Positions 38,453 through 46,702 of a stretch of 57,356 bases of DNA are shown here, in pieces (the first letter of the stretch is position 1; every line of letters begins with the position of its first letter). The stretch is from contig CACDVW010000004.1 of NCBI GenBank assembly GCA_902556355.1, positions 1 to 57,356 on the forward strand, written 5' to 3'. The stretch is from an uncultured SAR86 cluster bacterium (lineage in GTDB: Bacteria; Pseudomonadota; Gammaproteobacteria; Magnimaribacterales; D2472). The translations under genes were made by a program, and so were the position numbers. Under the pieces are notes generated by a model. That model saw only the letters and a program-made list of their open reading frames with translations. It did not search any database and was not told the DNA's origin.

Positions 38453-38478
38453 AAGCCCATAACCTAAGTTACAGGCTT
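38453..38478. terminator. Imperfect hairpin between convergent cargo and backbone genes
   Basis: AAGCC-ca-TAAC-ctaa-GTTA-ca-GGCTT, preceded by an A run. Confidence 0.4.
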
Positions 38479-38575
38479 AATCATTAAACAGGACAATTCA
38501 ATGAATATGATCCTACACTATGGTGCATTTAGTTTTTGTCAAGTTACTAAAATTCCACCCATCACTATCACAACA

Positions 38576-38610
38576 ACACTTTACCCCCTTTATAGGGGGG
38601 GGGTAAGTGT
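38576..38610. other. C-run/G-run inverted repeat, candidate replication origin
   Basis: ACACTTTACCCCCT-TTAT-AGGGGGGGGGTAAGTGT, 50 bp past the helicase stop. Confidence 0.4.
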
Positions 38611-38660
38611 GTGTTTGATTTATAGTGTTTTGGGCAATTTTCAAACAAATACATAAAAAC

Positions 38661-39623
38661 CTATTTGTTTGATTGTTTTGAATCATCTATAAACCCTTGA
38701 TTTAATAACTTATTCCAAGCTCTATTTAAAACAACACCATAAGAGTTTGAATTGTTGTATTTTTTTCCAAAGGTATTTTCCGTGTTTGATTTTATTTCTT
38801 TTTTAGTCAATCCTTTCTTATTTAATCTGATAATTTCATCTTCTAATGGAGTTAGATTCTTACCAATTTCAACATATAAAGTATCTTGCTCATGAGCTAC
38901 AGTTCTTCTCATAACAAAAGGAATTGATGTTCCTTCAGCTTTAGATTTCATTTTTTCTCTATATAAATACATTTGGTCATCTCTACCTTTTTTAACTTTC
39001 AAAACAGTAGGGAAGTCATTGTGTTGTATTGATGAACCCATGATTCCTTTAGAAGCATTTTTACCAGCATGAGCAATAACTAGTATTGAACAAGTGTATT
39101 TAGAACCTTTAATCCAAGTTTTAAGATTCTTAATTGCTTTTCTAATAGCACCATCATCATTAATACTTTTTTCACCTAAAGATTGTGAAAGGGTGTCGAT
39201 AATAACTAGCTTTTCAAAATCGTTATACTGACCACAATCTGCCCAAGTAAAATGGTCTTCTTCATGTTCTTCTTCATGCCTATAGTTTGCAGTTAAATCT
39301 AAAGCCTCATCCTCAATAAGTAGGCTTTCTGAAATATCTTGGTTTGAATAACTTTCCTGAAGCAGACCTCTTATTCGTGGCACTAAATCCTCCATGTTCG
39401 TATCTGGACTGAAGATACGAACGCTCCCAGTCACCGTAGCTCCTAGTTCCTGAGAACCAGTTGCCACTTCTAACGCTATCTTCAACGATAGAAAAGTTTT
39501 GTACTGGTTCGTTGGTGCGTAAAGTATTACTATTTCTCCCATTGGGATTAAATTTTCTATTAGCCATCTTTTATTTACTCCTTCTTTAAGTTGTTGTTCT
39601 AGATAATTTAGATTTCTTGTCAT
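38661..39623 (-). CDS. RepA/AAA_25-type (SF4-like) helicase
   Basis: WLIENLIP, Walker A variant APTNQYKT, Walker B VIIDTLS, VIAHAGK, GSS; start MTRN follows a GAGGA RBS. Confidence 0.85.
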   Translation of the reverse strand: MTRNLNYLEQQLKEGVNKRWLIENLIPMGEIVILYAPTNQYKTFLSLKIALEVATGSQELGATVTGSVRIFSPDTNMEDLVPRIRGLLQESYSNQDISESLLIEDEALDLTANYRHEEEHEEDHFTWADCGQYNDFEKLVIIDTLSQSLGEKSINDDGAIRKAIKNLKTWIKGSKYTCSILVIAHAGKNASKGIMGSSIQHNDFPTVLKVKKGRDDQMYLYREKMKSKAEGTSIPFVMRRTVAHEQDTLYVEIGKNLTPLEDEIIRLNKKGLTKKEIKSNTENTFGKKYNNSNSYGVVLNRAWNKLLNQGFIDDSKQSNK

Positions 39624-39789
39624 TTTGTTTGTCCTCATTAATTATTTTTTGAATAGATTGAGCAGGGATCATTATTTTCTTCCCAAACTTAAAACTTTTT
39701 AGCTGTCCTGAATTTACTAGGTTATAGGTTGTATTCATTCCACAGCCTAGAGCTTCAGCAGTCTCTTTAATTGTGTATGCGATTTTCAT
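39586..39789 (-). CDS. Excisionase-like HTH protein
   Basis: YTIKETAEALG...YNLVNSGQLKSFKFGKKIMIP, an HTH_17/Xis pattern. Confidence 0.88.
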   Translation of the reverse strand: MKIAYTIKETAEALGCGMNTTYNLVNSGQLKSFKFGKKIMIPAQSIQKIINEDKQNDKKSKLSRTTT

Positions 39790-39905
39790 TTTTTATTCCT
39801 TTTTAAATAAATTTAAATAACAGTTGCATCTTATTTGAAAATCAAATATATTTAAAACACTTAATAGTTTAAAAGTGTTTAAATGTTTAAGAAAAGGACA
39901 ATCAA

Positions 39906-40790
39906 ATGGAAATTAGATATCAAATTAAAACAAGAAATATAAGTCAAAAATACTGGTTTGAAAGAGAAGGTAACGACTTTGTTCTAAAAGCACATAATAA
40001 ATCTACAAATCGATACAAAGGAGCCTTAAAGGAAGCAGGGATGCTTTTTACTGAATCAGATACTCCTTTATATGAGGAGTTTTTGGATATATTAAAACCT
40101 TTAAGCTCTCATGGAATATTTAGACAAAATTGGTTAGATATATGTAATCCAACGTCTAAAAAATATGATGAGCAAATTTGTTCTGAGGTTATGGAAGCAA
40201 TTACTGATCATGCATCAATTTTTGGAATGGCTTTCCATCCAAAACCTACAGCAAAAATACTAAAGGATTTTGGTAATGGAATGTTTATACCCGAGGTTGC
40301 TTATAAAACAGGTGCTAATGGAAAATTAAAATCAGATGTGTATCCAAGAGAAGCAACACTAAGAAATATATTGCTTCATGCTCATGTTTTATATGACTCA
40401 TTAACTTATACAAAAGAACAATTCTTAGAAGATGATGTTTTAACAACATATTTTAATCAATTAGGACAACCTCAAATTGTTGCCCATCCAGCAGGTCTAT
40501 CTATTTGGGTAGAAGGTTATTGGGAGTCTGTATGGTTCAGCTATTCAATAGATAAGAGAAGATTGCATGCAGGATATTGTGGATATTGTGATGCGCCTGT
40601 CATTAGAACAAAAAAAGCAGGTTTTTGTGACAACAAATGTAAATCTGCATATCACAACAATAAAAACAAAGAAGTTGCTAAAGCAAAAAGAATCATGAAA
40701 AAAGCTACTTTGGGTGATGTTCTAAAAGATCCCAAGGTTGCTAACGCGTTTAAATTATTGGAGGAAGCTATAAAAAATGATAATAAGTAA
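39906..40790 (+). CDS. Hypothetical protein with C-terminal CGNR-like zinc finger
   Basis: CGYC...FCDNKCK followed by a basic helix; AGGA RBS. Confidence 0.75.
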   Translation: MEIRYQIKTRNISQKYWFEREGNDFVLKAHNKSTNRYKGALKEAGMLFTESDTPLYEEFLDILKPLSSHGIFRQNWLDICNPTSKKYDEQICSEVMEAITDHASIFGMAFHPKPTAKILKDFGNGMFIPEVAYKTGANGKLKSDVYPREATLRNILLHAHVLYDSLTYTKEQFLEDDVLTTYFNQLGQPQIVAHPAGLSIWVEGYWESVWFSYSIDKRRLHAGYCGYCDAPVIRTKKAGFCDNKCKSAYHNNKNKEVAKAKRIMKKATLGDVLKDPKVANAFKLLEEAIKNDNK

Positions 40791-40992
40791 TATAGAAAAG
40801 AACCTTGATACTGTCGAAACAATATCAGGTAAGGAGCTAGCTAAGAGATGGGGTGTATCTCATAAAAGTATTGAGAACAGAAGATATAGAAATGATACAC
40901 CTGCATACTTCAAGATAGGTGGCAAAGTCAGATATGACCTTCAAGATGTAAGAAGGTTTGAGCAGAAATGCTATGTTGACTCAAGAAGATGA
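40777..40992 (+). CDS. AlpA/Xis-like HTH DNA-binding protein
   Basis: KELAKRWGVS.KSIENRR...PAYFKIGGKVRY.L.DV..FE. Confidence 0.88.
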   Translation: MIISNIEKNLDTVETISGKELAKRWGVSHKSIENRRYRNDTPAYFKIGGKVRYDLQDVRRFEQKCYVDSRR

Positions 40993-41489
40993 AATTACCT
41001 GCAACTAGAAAAGAAGCATTAAAGTTAGGTATTAAGTTTTATAAAACCAATAAACCTTGCAAACACGGTCATAACTCAAAAAGATATACAAGTTCAAAAG
41101 GTTGCTATGAATGTGTTAAAGCAACTTGGGATGAATCTAATCAACGCAAGAAAGATCGTTACGATAAAAATTGGGTTCAAGAATTATTAAAAAGAAAAAA
41201 CTATGTTCTTAAAGCTACCTATAACATGAATTTTATGGATTATAGAAACATAGTTGCTTCACAAAATTATAAATGTCCTTTGTGTCTTAAAAATGAAACC
41301 TTTATGGAAGATTATCAACTTAGAAATAAAGCTAAGGGTTATCTAGGTGATTTAGTTGTAGATCATTGTCATAAGTCAGGAAAGGTTAGGGGTGCTTTAT
41401 GTCAGGACTGTAATAGAGCATTAGGTGGTTTTAAGGATGATATAAACATTTTAAGTAGAGCTATTGAATATTTGGAGGAAAGAGGGTGA
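40989..41489 (+). CDS. Endonuclease VII-domain protein with N-terminal Cys/His domain
   Basis: QNYKCPLC...VVDHCH.SGKVRGALC..CN.ALG.F.D; N-terminal KPCKHGH...CYEC. Confidence 0.9.
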   Translation: MKLPATRKEALKLGIKFYKTNKPCKHGHNSKRYTSSKGCYECVKATWDESNQRKKDRYDKNWVQELLKRKNYVLKATYNMNFMDYRNIVASQNYKCPLCLKNETFMEDYQLRNKAKGYLGDLVVDHCHKSGKVRGALCQDCNRALGGFKDDINILSRAIEYLEERG

Positions 41490-42592
41490 ATCTAACTAAA
41501 CATAAAGATGGCTATAGAGTCTTTTGTGAGAAAACCATAAATGGTACAAGACATAGAAAAACTGTTTTTGTTAAGAACAAAAGAGAAGCTAAATTATTTG
41601 AAGCTGAGTTTATTGCTAATCTAAATAAGGGCAAGGCAAGCCCAACAATGCGATTAGACCTATATGGTCAGAACTATATTAATAATCTTGATGGTTTAGA
41701 ACAAAGAACTATAGATAGCTATCAGTGTGCTTTTAACAGAATCAAACCATATATCAAATATAAACTAAATGAAGTTAATGCAGATATATGGGTCTCTATC
41801 TATAACAAGCTAAAAAGAAAGGAATTAGCACCAAGAACTATTAAACATACTTTTAGAATCATGAAGATGATATGTGATCGTGCTGAAAACGTATATGGAA
41901 TAAAAATGGGACATGGTAAGTTCAAAACCACCGTTAGATTAAAGGTAGAAGATATAGATGATCCAAAAGCACTTGATTTAGATCAACAACAACTTCTTAT
42001 AAATTACCTAACTGACCATAAAGAAGAAAATGAAATCATGTATCAGACATTTATTTTTTGTTTAATTGGTATCTATACAGGTATGAGAACTGGTGAAATA
42101 GGTGCATTAACATGGAAGGATATAGATTTGTTTAATAAAACAATTGATATAAACAAAGCTATCTCTAAATCTTCAACAGGAGAGTTTATCAAAGAGCCTA
42201 AAACTAAACATAGTATTAGGAAGATAACTATTCATGATATTGCTGTAAAAGAGCTTAGAAAATATAAAGAACATTTAGAATCAATTGGTATAGTTCATCA
42301 TTTGTCTTCATGGATTTTTATTAATCATAGTGATCCTAAAAGTCATACACCTGTAACTGTATGGTCTAAAAGAGTTCCTAAGGTCATGAAGGATGTTGGT
42401 ATAAGAGGTTTCTCTGCACATTCACTAAGACATACACATGCTTCAAATCTGTTAATGAATAACTGTCCTGTAGTTCAGGTTGCAAATAGATTAGGGCATA
42501 AAGATGCTACTGTTACTCTAAAAGTCTATGCAAGTTTCATAGAACAATTAGGTGTAGACTTTAATGAATATATGCCTAAAATACACGCTTGA
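41486..42592 (+). CDS. int: Tyrosine recombinase/integrase
   Basis: TGMRTGE (R), PKT (K), HSLRHTHAS (HxxR), RLGH, VYA (Y); N-terminal arm-binding-like beta region. Confidence 0.96.
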   Translation: MNLTKHKDGYRVFCEKTINGTRHRKTVFVKNKREAKLFEAEFIANLNKGKASPTMRLDLYGQNYINNLDGLEQRTIDSYQCAFNRIKPYIKYKLNEVNADIWVSIYNKLKRKELAPRTIKHTFRIMKMICDRAENVYGIKMGHGKFKTTVRLKVEDIDDPKALDLDQQQLLINYLTDHKEENEIMYQTFIFCLIGIYTGMRTGEIGALTWKDIDLFNKTIDINKAISKSSTGEFIKEPKTKHSIRKITIHDIAVKELRKYKEHLESIGIVHHLSSWIFINHSDPKSHTPVTVWSKRVPKVMKDVGIRGFSAHSLRHTHASNLLMNNCPVVQVANRLGHKDATVTLKVYASFIEQLGVDFNEYMPKIHA

Positions 42593-42610
42593 GATTGAAA
42601 AACTAATGAT

Positions 42611-42628
42611 ATCCCACAAAAATCCCAC
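42611..42628 (+). repeat. Candidate integrase arm-type site
   Basis: ATCCCACAAAAATCCCAC, identical to 21919-21936 and 27847-27864. Confidence 0.75.
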
Positions 42629-42672
42629 TAATGGATTTAGAAGGAAGTCTTAGAAATCTCAAAACTGTTTAG

Positions 42673-42694
42673 AAACCCTATAGCTATAGGGTTT
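42673..42694. promoter_or_regulatory. Perfect 22-bp palindrome upstream of the tRNA
   Basis: AAACCCTATAGCTATAGGGTTT. Confidence 0.7.
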
Positions 42695-42703
42695 TCAGAA
42701 TCA

Positions 42704-42795
42704 GGAGGGATGGCAGAGTCTGGTTTATTGTAACGGTCTTGAAAACCGTCGTGCTTTCATCGGCACCGTGGGTTCGAATCCCACTCCCTCCGCCA
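42704..42795 (+). tRNA. tRNA-Ser(UGA), intact (attR)
   Basis: GGAGGGA/TCCCTCC acceptor stem, ACGGT-CTTGAAA-ACCGT anticodon arm, long variable arm, GGTTCGAATCC, G73 and encoded CCA. Confidence 0.98.
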
Positions 42796-42808
42796 TTTGG
42801 TAAACGCA

Positions 42809-43228
42809 ATGTCAGATAATAATAAAGATATATCAGAGTTCTTTAGAGAAGTTCCACCATTTTTAAAAGTATTTAATATTATAAAAGCATACCCAATAGA
42901 TGATGATGAATTTGTTGTTGAGTTTAGTCCTGGTGAAGAATTAACCCATTCAAATGGGATGGTTGTGCAAGGTGGTTTTGTAACTGGCATGCTTGATTGC
43001 TGCATGGCTCAATTTTTAATTTATAAAGCTAAAGGTAAACAGATCCCACTAACATTAGATATAGATGTTAAGTTTTTGAGACCATGTGCACCAGGTCCAC
43101 TAAAGACTGTTGCAAATATAACAAAAGAGGGCAAATCTATCTGTTTTACTGAAGCTGTCTTGTATCAAAATGATAAAATAATAGCCACATCATCAGCTAC
43201 TAATAAGATGGTTGATAGTCCTTTTTAA
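42809..43228 (+). CDS. PaaI-family (hotdog) thioesterase
   Basis: GMVVQGGFVTGMLD, TLDIDVKFLRP, IIATSSAT. Confidence 0.88.
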   Translation: MSDNNKDISEFFREVPPFLKVFNIIKAYPIDDDEFVVEFSPGEELTHSNGMVVQGGFVTGMLDCCMAQFLIYKAKGKQIPLTLDIDVKFLRPCAPGPLKTVANITKEGKSICFTEAVLYQNDKIIATSSATNKMVDSPF

Positions 43229-43243
43229 GATATACTTTTTGCT

Positions 43244-44341
43244 ATGGATGACGAAAAGTTGGACAAGCTCTTAGAATATATCAAACCTGATAACACATTT
43301 GATAATACAAATCACCCACCAGCTCCTGATTATTCCAATCTAGATAATTGGGCTGCTTATCCTGAAAAAGACGGCCAGCAATTTTATTTACCAGACGCAT
43401 CGTTACCATTAAATAAAGACAGTAATGACGTAGACGTTTTCTATATACATCCAACAGGATTTTTTGAAAAAACATGGAATTCTTTTATGGAAAAAGATCG
43501 TGCTGCTTATGAAAGAACTGAAATGATGTTGGGTAATCAAGTTTCTGCATTTAATGATAGTTGTAATATTTATGCTCCTGAATATAGACAAGCGACTTAC
43601 TATTCATATTTTTGTAAAAATTCAGATGGTATGTTAGCTCATGACCTAGCATTTGAGGATATTTTAAATTCATTTAACTATTTCATCGAAAATTTTAATA
43701 ACAATAAACCCTTTATTATTATGTCTCATAGTCAAGGAGCTCTCCACGCTCAAAGACTTATATCTAAATATATTCAGGGCACAAAATTACAGAGAAGAAT
43801 GATATGTGCATATGTTATCGGTTATATCATCCCAGATAATCTATATGAAGAATTATTTCCATTGATTCCAAAATCTCAATCCTCCACAGATACTAATTGT
43901 CTTATTTCCTGGTCAACAGTGGTCGAGGGATTTAAACGACAGCGAGTAAGAACTATTTTTTGGACTCCTTCAGGATGGACTATTCAATATATGGACCAAA
44001 AAATATATTCAACCAATCCCTTTACATGGATGAATGATAATAATTGGCATAAACCTTCAGATTGTCATAGCGCTGTTATAACTAAATCACCAAATTATGA
44101 TTTTGCTGATAGACTTTCTATAAAACATTCTGGAGCTAAGAAAAGCTTGAGATATAGCAGTGTTCAAGACTTTTCCGTCTCTTTGAATGCTGATAATGGT
44201 TTGTTAGAAGCAAGGGGTCCATTAGTTGATCGAATGAAGAAAATTAGATACTTTACTGGTGATTTACACAGTTATGACGTCATGCTTTTTTGGGGCAGTC
44301 TTAGGCAAAATATTAAAGATAGAATAAATGCGTTTTTATAA
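43244..44341 (+). CDS. DUF3089-type hydrolase
   Basis: PDYS....WAA.P, DVFYIHPT, YAP.YRQA, HSQG, LHSYD. Confidence 0.85.
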   Translation: MDDEKLDKLLEYIKPDNTFDNTNHPPAPDYSNLDNWAAYPEKDGQQFYLPDASLPLNKDSNDVDVFYIHPTGFFEKTWNSFMEKDRAAYERTEMMLGNQVSAFNDSCNIYAPEYRQATYYSYFCKNSDGMLAHDLAFEDILNSFNYFIENFNNNKPFIIMSHSQGALHAQRLISKYIQGTKLQRRMICAYVIGYIIPDNLYEELFPLIPKSQSSTDTNCLISWSTVVEGFKRQRVRTIFWTPSGWTIQYMDQKIYSTNPFTWMNDNNWHKPSDCHSAVITKSPNYDFADRLSIKHSGAKKSLRYSSVQDFSVSLNADNGLLEARGPLVDRMKKIRYFTGDLHSYDVMLFWGSLRQNIKDRINAFL

Positions 44342-45305
44342 ATATTTTTTTGTATCACTATTTTTCATTAATTCACTAAATGCATTCGATGAGGGATGTG
44401 TTTATAACGATGATATTAAAATTGTTTATAGAGATTATGGACCAAAAAATGCTGAACCTATTCTTTTAGTTCAAGGTCTTGGAGGTCAATTAATTAATTG
44501 GCCAGATCATATTATAGATTTCTTAATTGATAATAATTACAGGCCAATAGTTTTCGATAACAGAGATACTGGTCTTTCATCTAGGGTTAACAATGATTTA
44601 TTTAGTGATGAAAGAAGAAAAAGAACTATAAGCACAACCTATATTAGATATTTTTTAAGATTACCTATAAATGCACCTTATTCTTTGGATGATATGGCTG
44701 AGGATTCTATCTTAATCTTGGACAAGCTAAATATTGATAAAGCCCATTTATTGGGTATATCAATGGGCGGAATGATTGCACAGATTGTTGCTGCTAATTA
44801 TCCAAATAGAATAAAAACATTTACCTTAATTGCATCATCAGTTTCAACACCAGGACCTTTAAACGGGCCAAGACGCGATGTTAGAAAGCTTTTAATGCAA
44901 AGAACCAATAATCCCAATGCTTCTAAGGATGAGAGGATTTCAAGAACCAAAGAGATATTTAAATTAATTGGCCTGGAGAATAATGATTTAGAAACAAAAG
45001 AATTTTACGAAAAATCTATTGAATCAATAAATAGAGCAGGCCCAGATGATTCTGGTTTCAGTAGGCAATTAATGGCCATATTGGCTTCAAAAAATAGAAT
45101 TAAAAAAGTTAAATCAATTAAAACTAAAACATTAATTATTCACGGAGAGGAAGATCCTTTAATCAGAGTTAATAATGCATACAAAGCAAATAAATTAATT
45201 GAGAATAGTGATTTGTTAATTTTTCCACAAATGAGACATTTAATCGAAGAACCTGTCTTTGATTTGTTCAAAGATGACCTATTAACGCATTTACAGGAAG
45301 TCTAA
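44328..45305 (+). CDS. Alpha/beta hydrolase (esterase)
   Basis: GLGGQL, FDNRDTGLS, GISMGG, IHGEEDPL. Confidence 0.9.
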   Translation: MRFYKYFFVSLFFINSLNAFDEGCVYNDDIKIVYRDYGPKNAEPILLVQGLGGQLINWPDHIIDFLIDNNYRPIVFDNRDTGLSSRVNNDLFSDERRKRTISTTYIRYFLRLPINAPYSLDDMAEDSILILDKLNIDKAHLLGISMGGMIAQIVAANYPNRIKTFTLIASSVSTPGPLNGPRRDVRKLLMQRTNNPNASKDERISRTKEIFKLIGLENNDLETKEFYEKSIESINRAGPDDSGFSRQLMAILASKNRIKKVKSIKTKTLIIHGEEDPLIRVNNAYKANKLIENSDLLIFPQMRHLIEEPVFDLFKDDLLTHLQEV

Positions 45306-46699
45306 TGTTATCTAATCAGTTTAAATTTCAGTATTCAGTAGGCGCAATAGCTAATGGAATTAAAACTGATATGTTTACTTTCTTTTTATTGTTTTTTTAT
45401 TCAAGAGTCATTGGTCTAGACCCTTTATTAGCATCTCTTGCTATTGGTGCTGCTTTAATCGTGGATTCAATTACAGATCCTTTGATGGGCACTATATCAG
45501 ATAGAACCAATACTAAATTAGGTAGAAGACATCCCTATATGATTTCCTCTTTTATACCTGTTTCAATATTTTATATTCTTTTGTTTACGCCTAAACCTGA
45601 TTGGGATATCACACAAAATCAATTATTTTGGTGGATGTTTGTGTGTGCTAGTTTCACAAGAATAGGGATGACGCTATTTGAAGTTCCTCATAGATCTTTT
45701 GGTGCTGAGATAACAAAAGATTATATAGAAAGAACTAAACTTTTTTCATGGAGAGAAATGTTTGCATGGATTGCTGGAATTTGTAATGCATTTCTTGCAT
45801 ATAATATTTTTTTTAGATCTACTCCAGAATATCCATATGGACAATTAAACCCAGAGGCTTATTTTCCTTTGGCATTAACTGGTGCAATTTTTATGGTTCT
45901 ATCATTATTGTATTCTTCAATTACCACAACCAATAAAATTGAGAATTTATCCAAGTGGACTGAAGCAGTAACCTTTGAACAAATAATAAAAGAACTAAAA
46001 ATTGCTATTTCAAACAAATCTTTTATTTTATTTTTTCTTGGTAGTTTAACTCTTTCAATTTCATGGGGTTTATTAAACAGCCTAACTTTATTTATAAATA
46101 CTGATTTTTGGGGTCTTAAAGGAAGTCAAATTGGAATATTTTTATATATTTACTTCGGCGCTGCATTTTTAGCCTTCTATATAACACCAAAATTTGTAGC
46201 CTTAATTGGTAAAAGAAATTTTGTTCTCTTGTGTGTCTTGGGTGTTGCCTTATCTGCTCCAATTGCATTTATTTCATATAATTTAGGTTTAACACCTGAA
46301 AAAGGTACAACGACTTTAGTACTTTTTTTATGTGTTCCCCTAATCTTTATATCCACTTTAAGTATTGCTGGAAATATGGCTAGGGATGCAATGATTGGAG
46401 ATATAGCTGATGAAGTTGATCTGCAAAGCGGTAAAAGACAAGAGGGCGTACTGTATTCAGCCGTTTCTTTTGTACAAAAAGTTAATACGGCTATAGGTTC
46501 TCTAACTGGTGGACTAACGTTATGGGTTCTTAATATAACTGCAGAGACGCCAACTTATGATCAGGCTTATTCATTATTTTTTGTCCAAGGAGTCATAGGA
46601 CCTATATTACTTATAATTCCTATACTTTTCTTTTACTTCTATTCACTAGATAAGAAAAGGCATTCAGAGATATTAAGACAACTAAAAGAAAGATCTTAA
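45305..46699 (+). CDS. MFS transporter, GPH/MelB-like family
   Basis: DSITDPLMG.ISD.T.TKLGRRHPY, DIADE....GKRQEG. Confidence 0.9.
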   Translation: MLSNQFKFQYSVGAIANGIKTDMFTFFLLFFYSRVIGLDPLLASLAIGAALIVDSITDPLMGTISDRTNTKLGRRHPYMISSFIPVSIFYILLFTPKPDWDITQNQLFWWMFVCASFTRIGMTLFEVPHRSFGAEITKDYIERTKLFSWREMFAWIAGICNAFLAYNIFFRSTPEYPYGQLNPEAYFPLALTGAIFMVLSLLYSSITTTNKIENLSKWTEAVTFEQIIKELKIAISNKSFILFFLGSLTLSISWGLLNSLTLFINTDFWGLKGSQIGIFLYIYFGAAFLAFYITPKFVALIGKRNFVLLCVLGVALSAPIAFISYNLGLTPEKGTTTLVLFLCVPLIFISTLSIAGNMARDAMIGDIADEVDLQSGKRQEGVLYSAVSFVQKVNTAIGSLTGGLTLWVLNITAETPTYDQAYSLFFVQGVIGPILLIIPILFFYFYSLDKKRHSEILRQLKERS

Positions 46700-46702
46700 C
46701 TA

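Larger units (their letters stand above)
21764..42744. mobile_element. ~21 kb integrative element/genomic island in tRNA-Ser(UGA)
   Basis: 51-bp exact direct repeat (21764-21814 = 42694-42744) including the tRNA 5' half; tyrosine integrase next to the intact tRNA; HTH/helicase backbone; two cargo modules. Confidence 0.93.

Noticed and set aside
38661-42592. Prophage or ICE
   Set aside because: No structural, lysis, terminase, relaxase or T4SS genes lie between the att sites.
42757-43005. 82-aa minus-strand ORF
   Set aside because: It is antisense to the thioesterase and tRNA; WRREWDSNP is the usual translation of a reverse-complemented tRNA 3' end.
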